DNA of 56,048 nucleotides from contig CAJVPI010000091.1 of the NCBI GenBank assembly GCA_910592345.1, positions 1 to 56,048 of the forward strand, given 5' to 3'. Each line of letters starts with the position of its first letter. The first letter of the stretch is position 1. Positions 27,110-39,898 of this stretch are shown here, piece after piece. A program made the position numbers and the translations under genes. The stretch is from Paraglomus brasilianum. Its lineage: Eukaryota. The notes under the pieces were generated by a model that saw only the letters and a list, made by a program, of their open reading frames with translations, made no database searches and was not told where the DNA came from.

Positions 27110-29215
27110 TCGAAACGAAAAAGCCCGAATAAAAATTTTAATAACAATGACTTTTCGATGCCCTTAATAATGTTGTCTTTTGTGTTTTGACATATTAGTT
27201 TAGCGGGTTTATCATTAAACCGTTTCTGGGTATGTACAGTATATTCCAAAAATGAAGTTCCACTGCGAAATACGTAGGCGTCAGCAGTATCCCATATGAT
27301 AAGGACAAATGAATATAACTATCTACTGAATATGAGCTTGCTGCTGTTGCTGTGAGAAAATTCTCCCTAGAGAAAAATTTAAAACCACGCATATGTCATT
27401 ATTGATTATCGGTTGCGGGATGACTACGTCTAATGAAACCCTTTATGTATCAAAAAATTTTACATCCTTACAGCATATGACCAAACAAACTTGGACAAGA
27501 AGAAGCAAGTAAACTAGGGAAAATATCTCTTACACATACGGAGTGGTGTATGTAAGAAGCGAAAAGGATTGCAAAATTATCCAAATATCTTATCGTACAT
27601 TATTGTCCCTATTTATATCTTAAAATAACGTAAAAATAATAGTAATATTAAACGCCAAGTATACTTAATAATAATATCAAAAATAAATAAATATTCAACT
27701 CTTCCTATCCAGCTATAAACATTCGTCACCTGGATAAGTGCATTCGACGGCCGATTTTTTGCATCTTTCACAAGGCCTCCCGCGATCACATTTCCTCTTC
27801 AACTTTTTGCATCTCGCGCATACTTGCTGCGTTCTTGAAATTTTAGGAACCTTGCCGCCGCTGCTATTGCTACTCTCAATTTGCGGCGGCATTGACGTAC
27901 TAGACTGTTCTGTCTGAGGATCAATCTTGAAGGTGCTCACAGGCAATGTAACTCTTCGGGGTTCCGCGTTGGCACTGTTAGATCTGGAGGGATTTGAAAA
28001 ATCTGATGCAGCAGATGTAGTAGTACTAGCTCTTTTTTTTGCAAAAGGTATGTGTCGACGTCCTATTTCCATCCAGGACGGTTTCTATGGAAAAACATAC
28101 GAAAAATAAAAAATTTTTTTTATTGCAGAGAGGGGGGAAAGGAAAACAAAGCAAACGAAACGAAAAAGAGAGATTGAGGATGAGGTAAGAACAAAAGGGG
28201 GCTATGGTAAATAGTAGAAAATATCTATCGGGGTTCGAGTCAGATTCGTTTTCTACCACCCCAGAAACTTACTCTTTTCCCTCGTCGAGGATTAGCTTCA
28301 TCCTCAGTCTCTCTTTTTACGGGTTGTGGTGAAGTTTCAGTTTCCGCAAAAGTACTACTAACTGGCGTGTGCACTCTCGTACGATCAACAATAATGTAAT
28401 TCTTCGTGTCTTCCAGGGAATCGAAAGTTCCGGTGATGATGTTACCATCAGGATCCACTAAAGAGAATCTGTCCATATTGAATTCTTTTGCGAGCTCGTC
28501 TCTGATATCTGCCTTAGTATCCGATTGTACAAATCGGAATTTTTGTTTTTGTGTTTGATCCTGGGTCGTAACTTCGATTTTCCTCAGCATAATAGGTGGG
28601 AGATTAAGAGAGGAGGGATGCGGATGAGTTTGATATGTGGACATTGAACTGTTCGAGTGCAAGTAGAGTTTGTTTGCTTTTAGCGAAGGATAGTTAGATT
28701 TTAATAAACTTTGCTTTGTTACTTTCAGTCTAAGTCGTAAAATCGTTAGTATGACGTTTTTGTTCAGCAAGATCTGTAATTTTAATGTTATCCGAGTCTA
28801 ATGGTGGGACCCGCAAGTCCTTTTGGCTATATATATCCGAATCATCATTAACTTTATGTGTTACATTTGTTTAATGGAACCGCTTGATGTCATAATTAAC
28901 ATTATCTAATATTAACATTATCTAATATTTCATGGTTAATTAAATAAATCCTTTCTGAACAAACGAATAGTCATGCGCAATTGTAAACAATAGATTGTCT
29001 CCAAAGGATCAATTGGTTCTAAGGGACTTTTTTATATACCTTAAAATATACGGTAGTTTGGTTCCGTAACTCCGATTGTGCATTCGTCAGCCAATAATAA
29101 AGCTTGATCGAAAACTTCAACAATGATGTTGCATACATTGTCTTATTCTTGGGAGAAAAAAATATATTTTCCTTTTTTCTTGATAACTTGTTGGGATATG
29201 TTTCACATCTCATTT
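27110..29215. repeat. Segmental direct duplication, copy A (paralogous to ~32870-35130)
   Basis: Collinear similarity across the 3' flank, both exons, the intron and the promoter. Confidence 0.9.
27713..28644 (-). CDS. Zn(II)2Cys6 protein with N-terminal ubiquitin/PB1-like domain, copy A; exons 28644-28273 and 28084-27713
   Basis: C-terminal CARCKKLKRKCDRGRPCERCKKSAVECTY (GAL4-type cluster). The GTAAGT..CATAG intron joins RRGKR to KPSWMEIGRR in frame. Confidence 0.85.
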
Positions 29216-32200
29216 CAATAATTTAAATTATTTGGTGACCCTGAAATATCGTCTTCATACTTCTCAATTAACCAAGAACCTTATAAATAAAACCGAAAAA
29301 CAGACAATTTCTAGGTTTTCAGTTTCGAAAGCCTGGTTGCAGTTGGGGAAGAAGGTGAAGAAAGCCAGGAGAAAATTCATGATGATTGCATTTCATTAAC
29401 AGTAAAACATTCTCCACAAAGGATGTAGCTTGTAAATAGCCGATTTTGCTATTTACTACGGAATTATTTGATTGGTCAAAAATTCACCCCATGTATTTTG
29501 GATCGGGTACAAGTTGGTGAAACTCATGTATCTCTTGTATAACTTAGATTTCGAACACCAACTTGATCACTTGATCATAATAGTGATAGTTCGCGAAATT
29601 GAGTACTAGAGTGATGAATTCGAATGGTGATATAAAATTCATTATATAAACGACCTTTCCCCCAGAAGGAAAAAGTAAGTTGAAGGTAAAACTGAAGTGG
29701 AACTAATAAAATATTAATATCTGTTGGAAATGTTGTATTATTTTGTTCTCTACCGATACTTTGATGTAAGAATTCCCTAGTGACTAATAAGGCATGTTAC
29801 GGAATAATCATTTCGTTATAAAAAAATGGTGATTAATAAGCAGGGCATGATAGTATTCGGCTATTATATTATTCACTGAATTGACACAGGTTCCTCGCGA
29901 TTAATAAGACAAGCAGCAGAGTATTCGTCTATCGATGCTTTGTTGTAACATCTTGGTGACTAATAAGGGAAGCGTGAGGAGTGTTTAGTTTAGAAAGATT
30001 GCGATTATAAGACCTTATTTTTAATACAAGAAAGGCGTTCGTAATAATAAAGACGATGTATAACACCAAGAGCTTAATATACTCGTTAGAAAGTTGATAC
30101 TCGTAATATACAACAAAAAGTTATTGTGAATCCATCGTTATTGTCCATTTCTCGCTATTGTTAATATTGTTATTGTTATTCTGTTCAAGTTGAAATATTA
30201 TTTGTCAATGAGGGGGAACCTATGCCAAAATGTTCGTAGAGTAGTGGAGCCATAGAGTGTGATAGAGACACGAAGCGAAATGCGGATACTCTTGATGAAA
30301 ATCATTACAGTGAAAAGAGAAATATTAATGTTGAGACTGAAATTAACGAGATAATATCTACGATATAATATATAACGGGTATTAGATATTTTATATATGA
30401 GTGGCATTTCTTCGTCTGCTACGTTTTACCGGAACATCTGTCGAACCTGACCTTTGGTGATATATTATTCGTCTTCGTCTGTATGATGAAACAGCGATGT
30501 TAATTCCTTAAAATATATATTAACGAAATTAATAGGTCATTAAGAGTAGCTGTTAAATCTGAAGTGTTGTATTCTTATTTGATTGTTATATAGTTTATAA
30601 TTATTACGGATAGTATAGAATATATCTGTTGCCTAAGATATATTCGAGACACAATCCCAATGTAAGTCTGCGAACAAATGTGCTGCGAAACACGAATCAT
30701 GTAAGATAATAGTCAACGTAAAATCATTCGTCTAGCAAGAAGGAAATTATTCTCTAAAGAAATATTAGTTATGATGATGTCCGATCTTAGAGATAGAATT
30801 ATAAAGACATACTTAAGTAGTATACTAAAGTTGGCTAATTCGGTGGCCTCATCACTAAGCATCGACACTACAGGGCCCTATTGTCGCGGTGAGGGAGCGC
30901 GAAGAAAACATTATTAATTAATTATGCGAAAAATCGAAAATGGTAGAGATTTTTAAAACCGGCTTTTACAATCTGTCTGTAACAGATTAAATCAAAGCAA
31001 TGGGCAAGAATCTAATATATAGGCAAATGTGGTATAAAAATTACATGGGCAGTTACATGTTAACAATTTTATTAACTTGTATGCATTTCGCCATGCAATA
31101 CTTTTGATACCCCCCCCCGTATCTATGTTACAATTATCAATCAAATTATTAAAAGTGAGCTGCTTGCAGGTCAACTGGTGCGTTTATTTGTTCAGTCAAG
31201 GCTGTTCAGATAACAAGTAATTGCCACTGAAGAACATGCCAAGAAAAACAGTGGGTCAATACATCGAATTCCTGGAAATTTTCAAAAACACACGCACAGG
31301 CGTATTGCTCCAAGAAACCGTACTCTAGTAAATTGAATTTATGAAAGTCGATTTTTCAATATTTTTCGGAGAGTTATGGTAGGTCCGAGATTTTTTGAAT
31401 TATCCAAATAATATTTCTTAAATGTATTTAATATTAAATGCGACTATGACAATACTTATGACGGTCCCGTCTTCGTTGACTCTGAGGCAATACAAATCTA
31501 TTAACTTAAAGTCGCTAAAAAGAAAATATTTGTTTCTATTTTGTTGTACTAACATTATCACCCGGGGCGGCAAAATTGTGTATGCAACATTTCCTAGGCC
31601 AATATTATCAGAACTATTGTCAATTAGTATGTAAAACGTTATTACCCTGACTCCAGTCTAACGCGTTAATATATAACTACAAACGTATGGACAGGATCAT
31701 GAAAAATAGTAATTTGTCTATCAACAAAAAAAAAGGCAGTTAAAACTAATAAACGGCCCAAAAATTTGCTGCGATTATTTGCGTATACTTGAGAACATCA
31801 CATATTCACTTACTAATACTCATGAACTACGTTGGCGGTGTCTTTTATTGTGCAAACTTGACCGTTGTGAATGAAATGGTTCTCACTATTACATATTGCA
31901 ATATTATATCCGAGGCCAAGAAGAATCACCATATACTTTGGTAATACCTTCAAATTACCTCGTTTACCGTAAATCTTGTGTAAATCTTTGCAACAAAGCT
32001 TATACCTATACTAAGCCCCGCTTTCCAAGGGTAAGGGGAGCTTTTATAGCATAGTATGTTTTTTCTTTATTATTCTTGTCATGCCAAAGCATTATCCTAA
32101 GGCCAGAAAGAAATCAAAGTTTAAAATAAGTTTAATTATTGCCTAACTTCTGCAATACATTTGATGATACTATTGGTAATGTATCCTATAGTATGTATGC

Positions 32201-32869
32201 AAGTATGATCACGATATATACGCGAGAACGCTTTATTGCTAGACATATATTATCAATCTTTGTAAGCACTCTGCAGCCAACAAAATCCAGCTACTTATAT
32301 AGCATTACCTGAAGAGTGATAAGCAGCACGTGGCGCAGGCGGACATTACTTACTCGCTATTTTTCATCTTGCTGAGAGTCTTTTCCAATGGATGCTTAAG
32401 ATGCAACCAGAAACAGATTAAATCTGATCTTTACGGTGTTATTATTATATAATATAGGAAGAGTGATTAGAGTGTTTATTTTCGTGCATAGAGGTTGTAG
32501 TATAATTTACGATAAAAAAAATATTAATGTATTGTCATGTATTTAATTCAGACATTGTTAACCTGATATATTAATATTAAAAATTTGTTAGATAATAAGA
32601 TAGTTAGAAGGAAGATAAATACTACTACTTTAAATCATGATTATCTGTAAAGTATCCTGTATCTACGCATCCGTATTTGGCCAATAATAACTGACTAATT
32701 AGTACTTTCAAACATGTTGAGAGAGACTTTCTGCATGTTCGCAGCTGACTAACATCCCCTGCATGCTCCGTTATCGCTAGATAATGCTCAACTTTCAAAG
32801 TGCTAATTGTTAAATCACTATTCTATATTGAAAATTTAAGTAATACTGGATACTACTGTACTAACGGCT

Positions 32870-35130
32870 TACGAACGAAAAGGTTTTAATAACAATGATT
32901 CTTTTCGATGCCAATTATAATTTGGTATTCTTAAATAATGTTGTGTTTTGACATATTTAGTTTAGCGGATCATTAAACAATCATTTCTGGGTATCTATTT
33001 CCAAAAATAATCTCTCCCACGGCGGAATACGTAGGTCTACTGAATATGAGTTGTTTTCTGGAGGATAGATTGCTACGGTTGCTGTCCGAAAATTCTCTCT
33101 AGAAAAAAATTCAGGTTTTATGAAACCACACATATGTCATTGTTGATTATCAGGCTGCGGAATGACTGCGTCTAATGAAAAACCCTTTATGTATAAAAAA
33201 AATTTTTAATCCATACAGCATATGGCCAAATAAACTTGGACAAGAAGAAGTAAGTAAACTTAAAGAAAGAAGGAAAAATATCTCTTACACATACGGAGTG
33301 GTGTATGTAAGAAGCGAAAAGGATTGAGAAAAAAAAAACTATCGAAATGATCTACAAATATCTTATCGTATTATTGTCCCTATTTATACCTTATAAAATA
33401 ACGTAAAAATAATAGTAATATTAAACGCCGAGTATACTTAATAATAATCAAAATATCCAATTAATAGTCACTACAATACCCTATTAAAAAACAACAATAA
33501 ATATATTCAACTCTTCCTATCCAGCTATAAACATTATTCGTTACTTGGATAAGTGCATTCGGCGCCTGATTTTTTGCATCTTTCACAAGGCCTCCCGCGA
33601 TCACATTTCTTCTTCGACTTTCTGCATTTCTCGCATACGTGTTGCTGTCTTGAAACCCTGCCGCCGCTGCTATTGCTACTCTCAATTTGCGGCTGCATTG
33701 ACGTACTAGATTGTTCTGTCTGATTGAAGGTGCTCGTAGGCGATGTAACTCTTCGGGGTTCCGAGTTGGCACTGTTTGATGTGTTAGATCTGGAGGGATT
33801 TGAAAAATCTGATGTAGTAGTACTGGATGTTCTAGCTCTTTTTTTTGCAAAAGGTATGTGTCGACGTCCTATTTCCATCCAGGACGGTTTCTATGGAAAA
33901 ACGTAATTATGCGAAAAATAAAAAATACATTTATTACAGAGAAGGGGGAGGAGGGAAATCGAAACGAAAAAGAGAGATTGAGGATGAAGTAAGAACAAAA
34001 GGAGGCTATGGTAAAAAAAAGGTAAAGTAAAGAATATCTATCAGGGCTCGAATCAGATTCGTTTTTTACTACCCCAGAAACTTACTCTTTTCCCCTGTCG
34101 AGGATTAGCTTCATCCTCAACCTCTCTTTTTACAGATTGTGTTGTAGTTTCAGTTTCCGCAAAAGTACTACTAACCGGCATGTGCATTCTCGTACGATCA
34201 ACAATAGTATAGCTCTTGGTGTCTTCCAAGGAATCGAAAGTTCCGGTGATGATGTTACCATCGGGATCCACTAAAGAGAATCTATCCATATTGAATTCTT
34301 TTGCGAGCTCGTCTCTGATATCTGCCTTAGTATCCGAATGTACAAATCTAAATTTTTGTTTTTGTGCTTGATCCAGGGTTGTCACTTCGATGATTTTCTT
34401 CGGCATGATAGGTGGGAGATTAAGCGGATATATGGACATTGATATAAGAACTGTTCGAGTGAGTGCAAGTAGAGTTTGTTTATTCTTAGCGCAGGATATT
34501 TGGATTTTTAATAAACTCTGCTTTGTTATTTTTTAAGTGTCTATGTCGTAAAATCGTTTACTATGACGTTTGTTAGCAAAATCTTTTTCCGAGTCTAAAA
34601 ACGAGACTGGACGATGGGGGATAGAAGTTCTTTGTTATTTATATATATAACTAACTCTATGTGTTACAATCGTTTAATAAGAACCATCGCCAAGATGTCA
34701 TAATTAACATTATCTAATGGTTTATTCGGTTTTTATTAAATGAATCCTTTCTTGGACGACGAGTAGTCATGCACAATTGTAAACAATAGATTGTCTCCGA
34801 AGGATCAATTGGTTCTAAGAAGACTTTTTATACATTTTAATATATTTACCACATGGTAGTTTGGTCCGTAACTCCGATGAGTACTCGATATCTCTACCAA
34901 TAAGCTTTTGTTTGTAAACACTGATCGAAAAACTCACATTGTCAACAGCGAGAATTCTAATTAAGAGAACAAAGATGTCGTTTATCATTGGGAGAAAAAT
35001 CGTATTTTCTTGAATAATCTTATTAGCGGATATTACAACAGCCTTTTCCCCCAAAACTTTCTCTTTATAATTGAAAATCGTAATACTAGGCAAGATAAAT
35101 ATACAAATGTTTCACATCTCATACATCTCA
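32870..35130. repeat. Segmental direct duplication, copy B
   Basis: Collinear with ~27110-29215, about 5.8 kb away. Confidence 0.9.
33534..34439 (-). CDS. Zn(II)2Cys6 protein with N-terminal ubiquitin/PB1-like domain, copy B (2 exons)
   Basis: CEKCRKSKKKCDRGRPCERCKKSGAECTY; same intron position as copy A, and exon indels preserve frame. Confidence 0.85.
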
Positions 35131-37049
35131 TTCAGGTAATTTAGTGGCAGATGTATGCAAATAATAAATTTCCATTAAACAGCATCATCCATCGTCAAGA
35201 ACACTTTCCCATCTCCGAAATTTTTGGCTAATCCGTTGCCAACTTTGACTGGCAATAACAAATTAATTCCATCCCAAGTGTCAATTACTTACTCGTACAA
35301 ACAAATTCTCGCTTGGAATTACATTTAAACTAATCGAGCCAACAAAAGAGACATAATCGATCATATGAAAAAAAATACTACTAAAACGGGTTGTGTCTAT
35401 TATGATTGATTATAGCCAAGGCCGAGAACACATTTCGATAAAACTCATGAGGCGAATGGGAATATCTAATTGATGCAAGCGTAAATTTCGATTCATAGAT
35501 TTGCTAAATTTGTATCAACAATAATGGGAAGGGGTTTTTATTAAAATAGTAAATATGAAGGGGTAACGCTAATAGACAACGGACAGACAAACGTTGTCCA
35601 ATCAAATATTCGGATATTAAGAAACAAAGCAAAAAAATAGACGTCCGTGATTCGTTCCTTCGGCCTCATAAATGGAAATCATTTCGCATTGAATGTACCC
35701 GGCGTTCATCAACAATAAATTGAATGAGAAGCTTACTTCTTTGTTATCTTGTTTGACAATTCCATATGGAACGGGAACTTAAACACTGGAAAAAAAGAGT
35801 TCCAACTGAAATTGTATATTGACGATCAACCCTTGACATGGCCGACCAGTGGGATATTATTATTATCACTCGCGAAAATTTATGAGGAATGTCAACCTTA
35901 TGAAAAGACTCGTTTACCGGTTTATTGATTTAAACAATACCCAAAAATTTTACATCGTAGGTTAAAACGTAAGTTGACATCATGAATTATGATTTTCAGG
36001 GCTATAATATTTGTGCATGCAGCAAAATACGTAATAAGACAATTAACCTAACTAAAAACGCAAATAATATTATTATTTCTTTTCTAAGAATTGTAAAAGG
36101 AATATATTGGCACATACACTTGATGCGAACGAGTTGACTGCGCCCAATATCAAATTATTGGAAACAAAGCAAAAAAAAACCAAGGAAACAAAAGTGTCTA
36201 TAGAGTGATTGCATGCAATCTTTATCTCCGAAGTTGACATCCCATTACCACTTATTAATATACCATATTTAAACAAGTCGACTTCTACACATTAACGCTC
36301 ATTAATGATAGGGCAATCTTGGGGTTGAATATGATCAGAATGTTCTTAGACATGGAGATATTAATTGTTATTACTATTGTTATATCTGATATATAATTAT
36401 TGTCTTCAAATTCTATTGTTCTACTACAAAAAGCGACCACACGCAGCTATAAATGGTAGGGCCCTTGAATAGAAAATAGGTTTTCATCATTGGTTCTTTT
36501 AATGCCTAAAAAGTTGATTCTAGACAATTGAACGAATACCAAATCACATTCTTTCTAATTGAAACGGAGTTCCGGAGTGTGGTCTGAATAAGAAACCACA
36601 CAAATTTAATTACAAGTGTAATAATGAGAACAGCCTTCTTAGAAACCAACAGTTCTGCTTATTAATATTTGCAACGACATCAATTGACGATACTCATCTT
36701 TATAATACTAACATGTCAATCGTACTCCCAATCAAGGAGTGAGCAAAGCGTACTTTTGTAAGCTTGAATGATTACAACCGTTGCAAGGGTTGCAAGTCTG
36801 AATTGGGACAACTCGAAGTATTTATCGCATTTTGCGGCTTTGTTTATCGTGGAACGATATAATGTTAACCAATCGTGTGAAATAGAGACAACAACCAGTC
36901 ACGTATGTTTATCTAAACTTTATATGCACACATTGTTATCTAAAAGCTTTTTTGATTATATGCAATTTATTGTTATTGATTAATGATGTAATCTATAATG
37001 TAAAATGTAGATAAACATATGCAAGCAATGCCAAATCCTCCCTTTTGAT

Positions 37050-37934
37050 TCATGAATATTCAACAAACATGTAACTATTTTCGTCGTCGTACATTGCTGC
37101 CGCTTCGAATGGTCCCAACAACGACTCAATTTTCGTATTCAGTTTCTCCTGTAGAGCGTCCATGTGTGCCTTCTCAAACACATCATGTAATTTGTCCCAT
37201 ACTGCAGAGGGCGGTCGGAGGGGAAAACTGCAAATCTCAATAATACCGCTCTTTAAGACGCGCGCCGCTGTCGAGGACTGCTGAATATTCAGAGAAGAGA
37301 GAGATATCTTAGAGATCGCACCCAAGCCTTCCAAGTATCTGCATCTCGCTTCGATAAGCTTGTTACGTGTTTGATTAGACAAATCCGCGGGAAGAGACTC
37401 TGTGAATGTAAGTCTGATATCGTCTAGAACGTACTTGGAAGACTCTTTGTACAAAATTGAGAACCTTTTTCTATGCTCAGTAGAGGAACTAAAAGCGGTT
37501 AAAGCCCGATCAGCAAGACTAAGCGTGTCCAATGTTCGATCCAGAAAATTCGTTTCAATGAATCGGAGACAACACTCGGTCAGGTTCGACATGATGTATT
37601 TGTCGGCAATCGATAACAAAGACGGTACTTTAGACCAGCTTATGTCAAGAGTTGTATGTGGATAGACAAACATTAATAGATCGTTGAATTCGTCTGCAGT
37701 CATGTCCGTAAGTGTTACCGAGTCGATCGGCTTGGGATTGTCCAAAGGCCCGTCCTGGGAAACTTTGCAAGCGAACATTGACCTGAACATCTCGGACGCA
37801 AGATAGAGAAGCAGTTTGTGTACGCGAAATTCCGTCGTCCCTACAGTGACCAGCAGATCTCCCGAATCATCTCCGTCGTAGTAATGAACGCTGCTTCTCT
37901 GGCTAGGTGCTTCTGTCTTTGGGGAGACGCTCAT
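37050..37934 (-). CDS. BTB/POZ-domain protein (intronless, 294 aa)
   Basis: GDLLVTVGTTEFRVHKLLLYLASEMFRSMF...F.DLL.FVYP...LLSIADKY.M..L.ECC is a canonical BTB signature. Confidence 0.9.
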   Translation of the reverse strand: MSVSPKTEAPSQRSSVHYYDGDDSGDLLVTVGTTEFRVHKLLLYLASEMFRSMFACKVSQDGPLDNPKPIDSVTLTDMTADEFNDLLMFVYPHTTLDISWSKVPSLLSIADKYIMSNLTECCLRFIETNFLDRTLDTLSLADRALTAFSSSTEHRKRFSILYKESSKYVLDDIRLTFTESLPADLSNQTRNKLIEARCRYLEGLGAISKISLSSLNIQQSSTAARVLKSGIIEICSFPLRPPSAVWDKLHDVFEKAHMDALQEKLNTKIESLLGPFEAAAMYDDENSYMFVEYS

Positions 37935-38559
37935 TTCTTGGATCGCTGCGAGTCTACCGTGTTAAGGTCGAGTAGCGGGGTTTAGGGTTTATATTAATAT
38001 AGTTGCTGGATACAAGTCGCGGGCGTGTCCGCTAAAGTTTGCGTCGTTGTTAAAAAGTCAGACAATGTAAACACAAGGGCGAACCATTTCAGGGGTTCAA
38101 AATTGTAAGCGAACATTGATAATAACAAGTACTGTGCATGGGACTCTATAATAGTTATATATATCCTGCGGCTGCGCAACAACATTCTCTTGGATGATGT
38201 TTATGTGTATGATGTGACACGGGAACGTAATTTTTATGGTCACAGATCTGCAAAAATAAACCTATCGGACGGCGAGGTAATTTCTGCTATTCGCACAAAG
38301 CAGCAGGCCTCGTTATCAAGGCACAACTGCAAGTGGTTATTAACCAGACTTGTAAATTTGACGTGTGTGCTGTCACCCTTCTCTCTACACATTGCACGTT
38401 GTGTATGCAAAGTAGACATCTAAACTATTAATTTCATTCCAGTTTCTCTGTTTATAAAATATTTGAATGCTTAATCTTTATATTGATCCGTAGCCGTCCG
38501 GTTGACTCTGATAGTTCGGTATTCTCATGAACGTCAACGGTATCACTCTCACTATACCT

Positions 38560-38712
38560 CCCATCTTGGTTGATTCTTTTTCCTTATCCAGTCTTGGTTC
38601 TATGTCGAATCTGCTTGCTGTTTCTCGGATAGAATGACAATAGGGTTTCCCTTGCTGACCATTTTCTTTTTAGTGATACGAAAACGCCTTGCAGGCTTAG
38701 CGCGAACCATAG
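38560..38712 (-). mobile_element. Possible pogo-like transposase N-terminal HTH remnant
   Basis: Minus strand MVRAKPARRFRITKK.. then (frameshift) HSIRETASRFDIEP../DWIRKK, resembling a Brinker/CENP-B-type HTH. Confidence 0.4.
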
Positions 38713-39042
38713 TATTGTAGAACGTTAATATCCGCGCATTGTCTTTATTTATATTGAGTGTGTTACATAAACATTATGGGATTGTTAATGTATTACCATG
38801 GCATGCATGGGTGCACCAAAGAACCCACCGAGTAGCACGTACCCCTCAAAAAAAGTAAAATGCAAAGTACTTTCTACAGTAAGTGACGGACCACCCGTTA
38901 TTATTATAATGTTACGCGTCACGTCTGTTAATAACCAATTGTTACAAAATAAAAACTGCAGTTGACCCAATATACAAATACACGTCTAATTTGTAAGAAA
39001 GGAAAAAAAGGAGTATGAGACTGTATGTTTAGACGATTACGT

Positions 39043-39405
39043 TTCAAAACTCATACTCCGCACACATATGGCACAGCAATATACTATGCCCACAAATTGG
39101 CGCAGCAGGAGTTTCAACCTGCCAAGTATTTTTCAATCGATAGTATTTCACAATGAAAATGTTGATACAATGCATTTGGCAGAATTTCATCAAATAGAAG
39201 GTGTCATAGCTGACAAGACTTATTGTTAATTGGATTTATGGGCTCTTCTTTTGCGAAAATGGGTGTGTACATGGATGTTGTATAGACCAATACCAATTTT
39301 TTTTTGTATTTTGCCTAATTGATACAGGTGTCAATGACCTTTGTTCTAAGACTGCATATAATTCATATATAGAGCTGAGCATGGAAGTCTTTTCTTATCA
39401 TTATG
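39043..39405 (+). pseudogene. Decayed internal fragment of cytosolic phenylalanyl-tRNA synthetase alpha subunit (FRS2/FARSA-like), with an intron
   Basis: SKLILRTH../HKLAQQEFQPAKYFSID/VFHNENVDTMHLAEFHQIEGVIAD..FFAKM, intron (~39263-39327), GVNDLCSKTAYNSYIELSMEVFSYH. It is frameshifted and neither end of the gene is present. Confidence 0.85.
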
Positions 39406-39830
39406 GTATCCTGCTCTATTATCAGAGTATGGAAGTGATAATAGTCAAGAGTAAATATAATTTATTAAATTTAACATGTGACTTACATTAACATATGATA
39501 TAGAAATATCATATAGTTATGAAGCTATTTGGCCATAAGTCTAAGGTCAGCTTGCCATAATTCAAAGCAATCCCATCTGCTGACTAGATAAAGGATGAAA
39601 AAGAAGCTCATTATCATGCAGAGGAAGAAGTCAATTCTAGTAAACTTGTAGTTCATTAATATTATGACTATTGCTGTATGTTTCAAAAGTGGAACTGGGG
39701 TAGAAAGTAGCAGTGAGTTTATCAAAAGCCATGCATCAAATGTACCAAAACAAACAGACCATCTACCACCTTTGATTTAAATTTCAAGCCTATCAATAAA
39801 TTCCTCTTATAACTGTTGTACCTCACTTGG

Positions 39831-39898
39831 GGACCTGTCTCAGTTCTGGACTGAGTGACTGGGTTTGGAACTGATACAGGTCCTGGACTCAGACACAA
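39831..39898. repeat. Short hairpin-forming dispersed repeat, copy 2
   Basis: GGACCTGTCTCAGTTC...GAACTGATACAGGTCC..ACTCAGACACAA, homologous to 16875-16963. Confidence 0.8.

Noticed and set aside
30380..30510. EF-hand-like minus-strand fragment (LFHHTDEDE*YITKGQVRQMF)
   Set aside because: Short, contains stops, similarity marginal.
37977..37990. GGGGTTTAGGGTTT telomere-like motif
   Set aside because: Fewer than two full units; likely chance.
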